Assembly: GCF_001194135.2 (NCBI RefSeq)
Contig: NC_068990.1
Span: forward strand, 50,574,353 to 50,608,308
DNA length: 33,956 nt
From: Octopus bimaculoides
Taxonomy: Eukaryota
Direction of reading: 5' to 3'
The notes under the pieces were generated by a model, which had not been told where the DNA came from, did no database searches, and was given only the letters and a program-made list of their open reading frames with translations. The translations under genes and the position numbers were made by a program. Below, one piece after another: positions 11,520-21,674 of the stretch. Each line of letters starts with the position of its first letter. Position 1 is the first letter of the stretch.

Positions 11520-12512
11520 NNNNNNNNNNNNNNNNNNNNNNNNNNNNNNNNNNNNNNNNNNNNNNNNNNNNNNNNNNNNNNNNNNNNNNNNNNNNNNNNN
11601 NNNNNNNNNNNNNNNNNNNNNNNNNNNNNNNNNNNNNNNNNNNNNNNNNNNNNNNNNNNNNNNNNNNNNNNNNNNNNNNNNNNNNNNNNNNNNNNNNNNN
11701 NNNNNNNNNNNNNNNNNNNNNNNNNNNNNNNNNNNNNNNNNNNNNNNNNNNNNNNNNNNNNNNNNNNNNNNNNNNNNNNNNNNNNNNNNNNNNNNNNNNN
11801 NNNNNNNNNNNNNNNNNNNNNNNNNNNNNNNNNNNNNNNNNNNNNNNNNNNNNNNNNNNNNNNNNNNNNNNNNNNNNNNNNNNNNNNNNNNNNNNNNNNN
11901 NNNNNNNNNNNNNNNNNNNNNNNNNNNNNNNNNNNNNNNNNNNNNNNNNNNNNNNNNNNNNNNNNNNNNNNNNNNNNNNNNNNNNNNNNNNNNNNNNNNN
12001 NNNNNNNNNNNNNNNNNNNNNNNNNNNNNNNNNNNNNNNNNNNNNNNNNNNNNNNNNNNNNNNNNNNNNNNNNNNNNNNNNNNNNNNNNNNNNNNNNNNN
12101 NNNNNNNNNNNNNNNNNNNNNNNNNNNNNNNNNNNNNNNNNNNNNNNNNNNNNNNNNNNNNNNNNNNNNNNNNNNNNNNNNNNNNNNNNNNNNNNNNNNN
12201 NNNNNNNNNNNNNNNNNNNNNNNNNNNNNNNNNNNNNNNNNNNNNNNNNNNNNNNNNNNNNNNNNNNNNNNNNNNNNNNNNNNNNNNNNNNNNNNNNNNN
12301 NNNNNNNNNNNNNNNNNNNNNNNNNNNNNNNNNNNNNNNNNNNNNNNNNNNNNNNNNNNNNNNNNNNNNNNNNNNNNNNNNNNNNNNNNNNNNNNNNNNN
12401 NNNNNNNNNNNNNNNNNNNNNNNNNNNNNNNNNNNNNNNNNNNNNNNNNNNNNNNNNNNNNNNNNNNNNNNNNNNNNNNNNNNNNNNNNNNNNNNNNNNN
12501 NNNNNNNNNNNN
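11520..12512. other. Assembly gap (other gaps: 19435-19908, 26437-27027, 29237-29422)
   Basis: Runs of N. Every gap abuts a repeat, as expected for a short-read assembly. Confidence 0.98.
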
Positions 12513-12827
12513 CGTGGTGATGTCTTATGTAGAGTGCCGAAATAGCTTGTGGTGTATGCGGGAGATTAGAAGTAAGACATCTACCTTCTCTTCGTCGACA
12601 CAGACCTCTCCGGTGATAACGCACCCTTCCACGTGGCCCGGCCCGAACGCTATAAATAGCAGCTGCTGTCCCTCACCTTGTCAAAGCATTCACACGTCCA
12701 GTGCTCTCAGCTACCCTGATCGAAAAGGTCCATTCGTCCCCTGCCTGCGTGCGTGTCACCTGCGCGCGCGTCACCTGCGCACCCTTCCTCTTCCAGTCAG
12801 CTCCCCAGCTGCTGACGTCATCCCACA
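12513..12827. mobile_element. Probable LTR (~315 bp) next to the Gypsy pol, across a gap
   Basis: Imperfect terminal inverted repeats (cGTGGTGATGTC … GACGTCATCCCACA) ending in CA at 12827. GC/CpG-rich. TATAAATA at 12651-12658 on the + strand, TGACGTCA at 12813-12820. Linkage to pol is hidden by the 11520-12512 gap. Confidence 0.7.
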
Positions 12828-12885
12828 ATATGCACACACAAATAGATACATACATGCACAATAAAAAAAAAAGAAATTCTTCATA

Positions 12886-13060
12886 CATACTAACTTCAGA
12901 AAACCAGCCAGCCACCTGATCACTTATCAGTCTGGTGGGCACATAAGCCAGATTGATTACATCCTCACCAGGCTATGAGGTAGATAGATGCTTGCAAATT
13001 TAAAGTCTTTCCCAGGTGGAGAATGTATAACCCAACTGGTTACTAGTTAGTAACTTCACA
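12886..13060 (+). mobile_element. RTE endonuclease fragment
   Basis: Reads TNFRKPASHLITYQSGGHISQIDYILTR, the same region as in the full-length RTE at ~28500-28580. Confidence 0.75.
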
Positions 13061-13139
13061 ATAATAACACCTTTGTTAATACTTGTCCCTTTTCTTTTGT
13101 CTTCTTTTTTACTCTTGATCTCATGGTTTAATATATATA

Positions 13140-13370
13140 TAGAGAATTGGTTGAAAACTGCAGTTTTTTGGTGAAAAACACATGTGAAGAACTTTTTTCA
13201 CAGTTGGTTTGTCACATTATGCAGAAGCTCTGGGCAAAATGTTATAGTGCATGACCATCCAGGGCACTTAAGTAATGTGTGTGTAAAGTTTGATGAAAAC
13301 CGGTTGAAAACTGTAGAAATGCAAGCATATTACACACACAGACACATCCTTTGTTTTATATATATATAGA
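13140..13370 (-). mobile_element. 5' end of a non-autonomous Helitron-like element
   Basis: Minus strand begins A|TCTATATATATATAAAACAAAGGATGTGTCTGTGTGTG…TTTCATCAAACTTT. This is the A|TC start plus TA/TG microsatellite typical of animal Helitron 5' ends. No 3' CTRR end seen. Confidence 0.5.
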
Positions 13371-13371
13371 T

Positions 13372-13649
13372 TACAAGGAGTGCACCCTCCATGGCCTTTC
13401 CCTCTGCCTGCACTAGCTCAGCTGGGATGTTGTCCACCCCTGCTAATTTACCTTTCTTCAATGACTTAATCACTTCCTCTCCTTCCTTTCTTGGAATGGG
13501 GAAGCTGTCTGTCTATTGTTGGTGAGACATTCAATTTATCAGTGTTTCCTTTTGTTTCGTGGTTGTATAGATCTGTGCAATATTCTGTCAAATGGGCCAG
13601 AATCTCTTGATTTTCAGTGAACGATTTCTCCTCTTTATTAAGCATTGTG
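13372..13649 (-). mobile_element. RTE ORF2 fragment (pre-RT region), minus-strand arm of an inverted structure
   Basis: Reads TMLNKEEKSFTENQEILAHLTEYCTDLYNHETKG…KEVEEV(I)KSLKKGKLAGVDNIPAELVQAEGKAM. Confidence 0.8.
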
Positions 13650-14290
13650 CTGACAAACTGACAAACACCTCTGGACCACACAAACCATCCTGGCAATGGA
13701 TGTGGACAGCCTTAATGGCAAAGTTCATAATCAGAAAGGCACTTTCTTTCCAATGTAAACAGTGCCAGAACATTGAGCTTCCCTGGTGCAGACATAGGAA
13801 GTAATGATGACCTTCTGTCTGCACCTGAAGAAAATGAAAAGAGAGGGCTATACAAGAGTTAAATTCAATCTTGAAAAGCTAAAAGCTCCAGGAATTAGAG
13901 AAGAAATTGAAGCTAAGATTGGTGGCAGATTTTCCCCACTCGTTCTAGGAGCAGCAGACACAGTAGATGTGCTCACTTTCACTAAGTTTTAACTCTATAG
14001 TAACAAAAACAGCCAGGTTCTTGGCAAGCACAGGCCTGCCAAGAAACCATGGGTCACACTGGAAATTTTAGACCTGTGTGACAAAAGAAGAGGGGTGAAA
14101 AAGAAGTTTGACCAGGAAGGTGCCCAAGAATACAAAGAAGCAAATCTTGAAGTTAAAAGGAGCACGAGAAAAGCCAAGAAGGTATGGATAGAGGAACAGT
14201 GTAGGGACATTGAGGGAAACCTAAGGAAGAACATCAGTAAGAAAGCTTATCAGCTGATAAGCAAATCTGATTGGCAAGGACAGCCCAACT
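13650..14290 (+). mobile_element. RTE ORF2 fragment (endonuclease end and linker), plus-strand arm of an inverted structure
   Basis: Reads LTNTSGPHKPSWQW…SFPGADIGS…KFNLEKLKAPGIREEIEAKIGGRFSPL…KKPWVTLEILDLCDKRR…KAKKVWIEEQCRDIEGNLRKNISKKAYQLI. Confidence 0.85.
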
Positions 14291-15020
14291 ATACTATAAA
14301 TAGTTCTCATATCTTCAAATGCAGTAGCTCCAGGAATATGATGCAATTAAGCTCTCAGAATTTCTCCTGCTCAATTGCATGAGTATTAATTTTTCTGAGA
14401 TGCTACACTTTCTCAGTTTTATTCCATGTGTAAAATTCAGGGAAGTCACTGAAGTATAACATACATGCAAATGACTTAGCTGGTAATTTTTGGTTAACTT
14501 GCACCTATTCAGTGAGGGTGGAGTTTTCATGTATGTGGGTGATATGTTCATCATCATCATCATCATTGTCATCATCATTAAAGTAAATGTATTGCTGTTT
14601 GAGTAAATGAAGTGTAAGCTGTTGAACTGGAGGATATGAGCCATGTAATTTGAAATCCTAAGTCTTCCAGACTACCTCTGATGAGGATACAAAGCAGCCA
14701 TTAATATAATTTTCAATTTTGTGTTAGTGTTTCTATTTGTTGTACATTGGTTTGTCCACTGATATTGACTGGCACCCAATCATGCCCTTTATGAATATAT
14801 TTGCCAATATCTTTAACTGATTTTACAGTTGTACTGTTTCCAAATTCCCATCTGGAATAATTACTTCAACTTCTTCTGCAGCTGGATGATCGCATGTTTG
14901 CTTACCAGTTGTAGGAATGAGTTAATCTTCAAGAGTAACATTGAGAACAGTGTCTAAATATTCTGCACTGTCATTTCGCTGAAGAGGTTGAATCTTTTTT
15001 GAGAACCTCTTATTGTCAGA
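14290..15020 (-). mobile_element. Decayed Helitron Rep-helicase coding fragment
   Basis: Reads KSVKDIGKYIHKGHDW, IENYINGCFVSSSEVVWKT*DFKLHGSYPPVQQLTLHL, STLTE*VQVN, LYFSDFPEFYTWNK and HIPGATAFEDMRTI. These are hallmark motifs of the Rep-to-helicase linker. Confidence 0.85.
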
Positions 15021-15024
15021 AATT

Positions 15025-15170
15025 CTGTCCTTTATCAAATCATCCCTTAAGCCTAGAGTCCTAAGGTCAGCCTTTACCACTTCATCCCAGGTCTTCCAGT
15101 AAGGTGTGGTTTAAGAGAAATTTGACTGCTATTTCTAGCATGTTGTGTGACTATGTTAAGGTCTTACTTT
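15025..15170 (-). mobile_element. RTE ORF2 C-terminal fragment joined to another short repeat fragment
   Basis: Reads KTWDEVVKADLRTLGLRDDLIKDR (RTE C-terminus). The adjacent CTAGAAATAGCAGTCAAAT segment looks like a different interspersed repeat. Confidence 0.6.
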
Positions 15171-16492
15171 TTGAACTTGTATATACTGGATATGGGCTGA
15201 CATATTCATATGAATTTTTTTTAATGCTTTTCAAAATGTTTAAAAAATTTTAAGGCTAATTATGTTGGTAATGTTTTGTTAAAACCATCACATACATTAA
15301 TCACTTCATACATTTGTTGTAAAGTGCAGTTAAACAGTTTATATGGTTAGATTCATTCTTTAAATTTACCAATATTTAATAGCAGTTTATGTTATTCTAT
15401 TACTTACATTGAAAAGAAAAATACTAAAATCAGATTTACCTTTGTTAAAAACAATGAAATATGAATTTAGTAGAACTCTGGCAAGATCTGCAACATGAAC
15501 CTGAAATGTCAACAGTAGAAAATGTAAATATATGATGAAATGCAATAATGTTAAAAGAATATGCATTTATAAAACAATGAAAACTTACCACCTAAATACT
15601 GCCGATAAATAGTTCATTCACTACAGATGTTACCAACAAATTTTTTAATTGATGAACAGAGAGATTACATCATGTGAAAAGAAACATTTAAAACATTCTA
15701 AAAGTCACCAGTTTGTTCCACTTCATGATTCCTTGACTAGTAATAGTCAAAAGAATGAATTTGCTCGCTCTGGTTAGTAGTTAATATAGGAAAAAGCATT
15801 ATGGTGACAAGAAAGGAGGAGGGGAGTAGTTATAGCAGTAGGAAGATTAGAGGAAAGGGTATAATAATATCCGGTACAATTTCTAAAAGATAGGGCCATT
15901 ATGTTTAATTTCTAATCTTTAAGAGACAGGACAACAGATTTAGATGAAAGACCTTAAAAGATAATGAAGGAAATGGATGAGGGATACCAAACTGGAGGGG
16001 AGACATTGATATCATGTTCCGACTTCTGAAATAAGGTTAATTTATTTTATTTATATTGATATACCTTGAATAGCAATAGGATCTAGCTTCTAAAGTAAGA
16101 TCATCCTATTTATTTTTATTTTTTTAGTCTCATTTAATCTCAAATAATTGACCAACCAATTTCAGATCAGAAAGGGCCTTAGAAGATGGAGAGGAGAGGT
16201 GGGTAGTAGATAAGGAAGAGATAAAGGGTTTATAGATAAAGAAGGAGGAAGGAAGCTTATATGGCATGGCTAAATATTCATGGTCAAATAACTTAACAGA
16301 CTAAATAAAATAAACTGATGACAGGAGGGGAATAGAATAAGAAAAGATAAGTGGCCTTCTATATTAGATGAATTAGATAAATGAAGAGATATACGATAAA
16401 AAAATAAAACATACAAAAAGATAAAGGTAATACAAACACTAAATAGCGAAGTTATAAAAAAAAGCTTATACGAAAAATGAAATAATAATTAC

Positions 16493-16776
16493 AAATAATA
16501 TATTTCTAAATCTCTCAGAGAGACTTAAGCAGTAGTGATGCAATAAAGTAGTTGTATACTGCCAGCTTAACGTGACAATCCCAATAAGGGAATATACTAC
16601 TGCTATTTAGCCCTAGGAAGCTGGACCGCTTCCTGTCGGCCTTGACACATTTCCTGTGTCCTTATGTTTGCAAGGGGGAGACAAATTCCTCCACCCAGCC
16701 TAGCCTGCATTCAGGGACATGTTTCTGAGACTTTGCTCGTCATCAGCCTGAAGTAGCATGACCAGCTGGTTGAAAA
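16493..16776 (-). repeat. Hammerhead-bearing direct repeat, copy 1 (Penelope-like pLTR-type)
   Basis: 16493-16720 aligns without indels to 19207-19434 (228 bp, 5 substitutions by my count) and contains the hammerhead below. The PLE assignment is inferred from the ribozyme type. Confidence 0.8.
16710..16752 (-). ncRNA. Minimal type I hammerhead ribozyme
   Basis: Minus strand reads TTCAGG-CTGATGA-CGAG caaagt CTCA-GAAAC-AT-GTC-CCTGAA. Stem I is a perfect 6 bp, both core boxes are intact, stem III is the palindrome ACATGT, and GUC cleavage is predicted 3' of 16716. There is a C.A mismatch at the base of stem II. Confidence 0.8.
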
Positions 16777-19206
16777 TTTTTTATTAGGATCACTATGGAT
16801 CAAATATAGAAATGGGTACAATACAGGACAAACAAATATACAAAATGTATGAGTTCGATGTTTTTTAAAAATTAACGATTGTCTTTATATATATCAAAAT
16901 TTAAAGTTCATATCTTTGTTGACTTTTTTCTCCCTCTCTTTTTTTTCCTTTTAAATATACAGTCATACATATATACACACACACACACATATATACATAT
17001 ACACACACACACACACACACATACATATATACACATATATACATACATACACACATACACACACATATACACACACATACACATACACACACACATATAT
17101 ATTTTATAATAAAACGATTGATTCTTCAACCCGGCAGCCTATAAGGCCCAGCAGATCGCCTTTTATTTCCCCGATGATTAGTTTGGGTGACTCACACCCA
17201 CCTTTTTCACCACTTCCTTCCATCTCTGTTCATATACTCTAGCTGACAGGGTCCTCTTTCCAGCCCTATCTTGCTCTTCAGATGGTATTTGAAGTAAGCC
17301 AGCAATCCAGGGCCAGATATGTAGGACCCTGTCACAAAACCTTCCATTCTTGTCCTCCATATACACTCTATCAACACTGCTACCGTACAGAAAAAACAAG
17401 CCTCACCTTCTTTTGAGAGTTCAGTTGGCGGTATCATCTTTATCATAGATCCAGCCGACAGCTGTACTCGTCCCAGATGCGACAACACGTGTTCTACATA
17501 AATTATCAAGCCGGATAGCTGCCGACAATGTACAAAAGCGTGTAGGACAGTTTCACTGTCCTGCTCCATCTTGGACATGTCGTTGGCACTGCTAAACCGT
17601 GCCTGGATAACTTCTCGCGAACAGGTAGAGCATTCCTGTAACACTGCCAAGTCAGAGATTTTTGGAAATTATCCAAGTACTCTGGCTTGAAGGTTTTCTG
17701 AAACAGGTTGGTAAGTTGGTTCTCGTCGAACCCCAGAGCCCCTCCTAGGGCGTCATCATTTTCCCCCTCCACTAGCCCTCTGTAGAATACCGAGGTGGTA
17801 TTCCTGCAGTCAGCCTTGCCCGTTTTGTGGATAAGCCAGAGTGCCTGACGGCACTCCTTCTGCCATAAAGTCAGATTACGCCTTTTAATGAGACCGGGTT
17901 TAAATCTTTCCAGCGAGGCCGGTCGCGATAAGAACTTCTCCGCCAACGGACTCCACACCTTATCACCCTCCAGGTGGCACCAGAGATGTCTCGGCCTCAA
18001 CGCATGTCTGCGCATCATTAGCCAGGGCATCCCCAAACCACCCTTTAGTGGTTCCTGGCAGCACACGGAGCGCCTCACAAGTGGCTTTCCCCCCCTCCAC
18101 AAAAAGCGGAAGAGGAGTCGTACCAGCTTGTTTAGCCAAAAATCGGGGCAAGGCACAACGGACAGACGGTAGGTGATTACAGATACTATAAATACCTGCA
18201 CCACCTCCGCTCTACCCTTCAAGGACAGAGACCTTCTGGACCACTTCCGTACTATTGCCTCCACCTTGTTCACTACCTCGCTCCAATTCTTCTCCGTCTG
18301 AGAGTCTGAACCAAACCAAACTCCAAGCAACTTAACAGGACCATCTGTCCAGTGTCCGACAAACCAATGGACTTGTCCTTGTTAACCTTTGCTCCTGCCA
18401 CCGCTTCGTATCTTAAGAGAGCATCTTCTACACGAGGTAGTTGTGATTCTTTAGACACGATGAGAGTGATGTCGTCCGCATAAGCAGAAGTGAACTTACC
18501 GCATCCAATCTCATTAGGGTTGCTGCCTAACTTCTCCAGCCTCCGCAGTAATGGCTCCAGGGCCAAAACGTACAGGACTGGAGACAAGGGACACCCTTCC
18601 CGCGGTTAACGTGGCGAATGTTTGACCAAATTGGTGCCAAGCACATCTCTACAAGTTCGTTACGAGCCTCTGCAATTTTTCTTTCCTTGATATTATAAAC
18701 TTTATAGACCACAATTTTTTTCTTTTATTGCGTTGACTGTCTCGGGGGGTGGAATCAGCTTTGTTTCACCATCCACCTTCTGAATATACTTTCTAAACGC
18801 GTATAAACTTTCCTTAGACATTTTCATCTCGATGGTATTTCCTCCAACGGCCTGTGAGAAACTTGGTTTTCGTTTTTGAATACGTTCTCCCTCCATGGGA
18901 AGGTCACCTTCAGCTGACAATATGGAAGCCATTCTTGTCACAAAGACAAGAAAAAAAACAAAAAAAAATTTTACAGGTAATTTTCAGCCCCGTAGGACGA
19001 AAATAGCTGTATACAAACAGTTAGTAAAATTACAGTTATAATACACTGAAGAAACAAACGGAAACAAACTCACACAATGTCGATTCAAAAATCAAAATAT
19101 TCTCTCTAGCACAAGGAAAAAATGAGCAGCTGATTGAAAAAGTCTGTGAACCCTTCGCAAACATATATTATTTCAGTGAAACACATTCACTGATTACAAA
19201 AATTAG
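16777..19206 (-). mobile_element. Internally deleted Tx1/L1-clade non-LTR retrotransposon
   Basis: 5' UTR (19206-18933) and ORF1 start MASILSAEGDLPMEGERIQKRKPSFSQAV (ATG at 18932). It jumps at ~18600 to RT GCPLSPVLYVLALEPLL…SAYADDIT, then GPVKLLGVWFG…LSLKGR, zf-RVT LTWQCYRNALPVR…ETVLHAFVHC, and a stop at 17207. The 3' boundary at AATAAAAAA (16785-16777) is inferred. Confidence 0.85.
16965..17100. repeat. Compound (CA)n/(TA)n/(CATA)n microsatellite
   Basis: Directly visible. It accounts for the spurious HT/CV-rich ORFs. Confidence 0.95.
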
Positions 19207-19434
19207 AAATAATATATTTCTAAATCTCTCAGAGAGACTTAAGCAGTAGTGATGCGATAAAGTAGTTGTATACTGCCAACTTAACGTGACAGTCCCAATA
19301 AGGGAATATACTACTGCTATTTAGCCCTAGGAAGCTGGACCGCTTCCTGTCGGCCTTGACACATTTCCTGTGTCCTTATGTTTGCGAGGGGGAGACAAAC
19401 TCCTCCACCCAGCCTAGCCTGCATTCAGGGACAT
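19207..19434 (-). repeat. Hammerhead-bearing direct repeat, copy 2 (cut by an assembly gap)
   Basis: About 98% identical to 16493-16720 at offset 2714. It ends CATTCAGGGACAT at the gap, so only the AT-GUC-stem I 3' half of the hammerhead is visible. Confidence 0.8.
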
Positions 19435-19999
19435 NNNNNNNNNNNNNNNNNNNNNNNNNNNNNNNNNNNNNNNNNNNNNNNNNNNNNNNNNNNNNNNNNN
19501 NNNNNNNNNNNNNNNNNNNNNNNNNNNNNNNNNNNNNNNNNNNNNNNNNNNNNNNNNNNNNNNNNNNNNNNNNNNNNNNNNNNNNNNNNNNNNNNNNNNN
19601 NNNNNNNNNNNNNNNNNNNNNNNNNNNNNNNNNNNNNNNNNNNNNNNNNNNNNNNNNNNNNNNNNNNNNNNNNNNNNNNNNNNNNNNNNNNNNNNNNNNN
19701 NNNNNNNNNNNNNNNNNNNNNNNNNNNNNNNNNNNNNNNNNNNNNNNNNNNNNNNNNNNNNNNNNNNNNNNNNNNNNNNNNNNNNNNNNNNNNNNNNNNN
19801 NNNNNNNNNNNNNNNNNNNNNNNNNNNNNNNNNNNNNNNNNNNNNNNNNNNNNNNNNNNNNNNNNNNNNNNNNNNNNNNNNNNNNNNNNNNNNNNNNNNN
19901 NNNNNNNNACACACACCCAGCTTGAAAAAATCAATACTTTACTTTGTCAGCTCTTATCGACTGCTTGCACAGTACTGCCAGCAGTATTCATTTGCGAGT

Positions 20000-20983
20000 T
20001 ACGATTTGCCTCTGTTTTCACATGAGCGCTCTTTTTCATATAATTATTCTAACTTAAACTAGCCACTTCAAAACTCTTACCCAAAATTAAAAATCCTTAC
20101 TTTGGTCTGTTTGATTAACACTTTTGCCAAATACATTTTACTATTTTGTGGGTGCTACACATTCACCGCTTTTTCCTTAGGACCTTTTTTATTGCGTAAA
20201 CTGATAATTTTCCACCATGCCTTGATGCAAAAGATCCAATATAGGTCGGCAAACAAATGCTGCAAAGCAAAGTAAATGTATGCATGCAAATGAATCTGCC
20301 GAGGACACTGCCAGGTGGAACTCTCTCAATGCACTTAGGATGGCTTCAGTGTGAAGAAGGGAAAGTGAAGAGCAGTGTTGTGATTGGTTAGCATGTATTG
20401 CTGCACAACGAGCCATCCAGAGCAGTGAGAAACGTTCAGCACGCCGAACAAGAAATGCTTCCTCCACTGGTACTGCATGAGCTTCAAAGACTGCAGCACA
20501 ACGTGCAGATCAACTTAAAGATATGCTTCCTCAACCACTGCTGCATGAGCTGCAGAGACTGCAGCATAACACGCAGTTCAACTTAGAAGAAATGCTGCAG
20601 CAACTGCTGCTGCACGCATTATGGATATTGTTGTATGTGCAACCCAGCAAAACAGCAGGTAAACATACCATTTCTCTTTATGTCATATCTTTCGGCTCAA
20701 CCTTTCCATCTGCTAAACAGCATATGTCAACAGATATGTGGTAAGGAAAATAAACTCAATTACTGCCAGCTTTTTACAGATCGACCTGCTGTCCCAATGG
20801 AAAACAATGACCATGGTGTGGGCATATGACTCTGCATGTTCACTATTGCGCTAAATAAATTAACACAGGGAACATCTGCCATTATGATTTCTTTCATTCA
20901 GTTCAGAGGTGTATCCACGAATGGTCTAATAACCAAACAGGCATACTTAACAAATAGCCCTGAGCAATGCTGGGTACACTTAG
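20000..20983 (+). mobile_element. Internally deleted Helitron derivative (ORF N-terminus plus 3' terminus)
   Basis: CCACC-ATG at 20217 gives MP*CKRSNIGRQTNAAKQ…ANESAEDTARWNSLNALRMA, then ~69-bp repeats reading RNAxxTAAA*AAETAAQ. The 3' end has a hairpin CCCtgAGCaatGCTGGG (20958-20974), then TACACTTAG|T. The 5' boundary is approximate. Confidence 0.65.
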
Positions 20984-21643
20984 TAAATTATAAATAATCA
21001 ATTATAAGAATAAGAATAAGAACATAAATATTCTTATTAATCATATTAGTAATATAAAAGGTCAGAATAGTATCATAAATTTATAAAGGTGTAAATTTAA
21101 TAAAATATATTTTAGAATATATACCATGAAAAAATAGAGTGAAAGAGGTGGAATATATAACACATTAATATAACATAAGATAAATGGAAAAATAATTTAG
21201 CATTTCTAGATCAATCTATGAAATTGATGAAATAAAAATTAGGATTAGGATCGTCAAGTAATCAAGCGTATGCACAAAAAAAATGTTTAGTACCAATTAT
21301 TACAGGTATGAATAAATATAATGGGTATATTACAGTATTCAAAACATAACTTAATGTAATCACAATAATGTAAGATCTGGTTTATCATGTCCTTATTTTT
21401 TAATATTTCATATAGCTCCATACAACACAGTCCATATCCATATGTACTATTCGCCTTATGACTTAGTCTAAATGAGGAAAAATGGTTGTGCAATGATTTT
21501 TAAAAATCTGATGAGTAACCAATATAAGTAAAAGTATTAGTATCAGTTATTATAGTAGACATATAAACTACATTTTTAACTAAACAGTGACCATGAAGCA
21601 GACATTTATTTTAATTGTTACAATTGCAGCCAATATTGGTAAA

Positions 21644-21674
<31 letters not shown>

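Noticed and set aside
11189-12864. Long ORFs spanning N runs (also 19356-20025, 26236-27086, 28970-29536)
   Set aside because: Their length is an artefact of translating assembly gaps.
13140-15020. Joining the Helitron 5' end (13370) and the Rep-helicase relic (14290-15020) into one element
   Set aside because: On the minus strand the coding relic lies upstream of the 5' terminus, which is the wrong order for a single element.
15790-16492. Sequence downstream (minus strand) of hammerhead repeat copy 1 as a Penelope 5' ORF region
   Set aside because: Position is suggestive, but I could not read any diagnostic PLE RT or GIY-YIG motif.
16879-17129. His/Thr-rich and Cys/Val-rich ORFs
   Set aside because: Translations of a CA/TA microsatellite.
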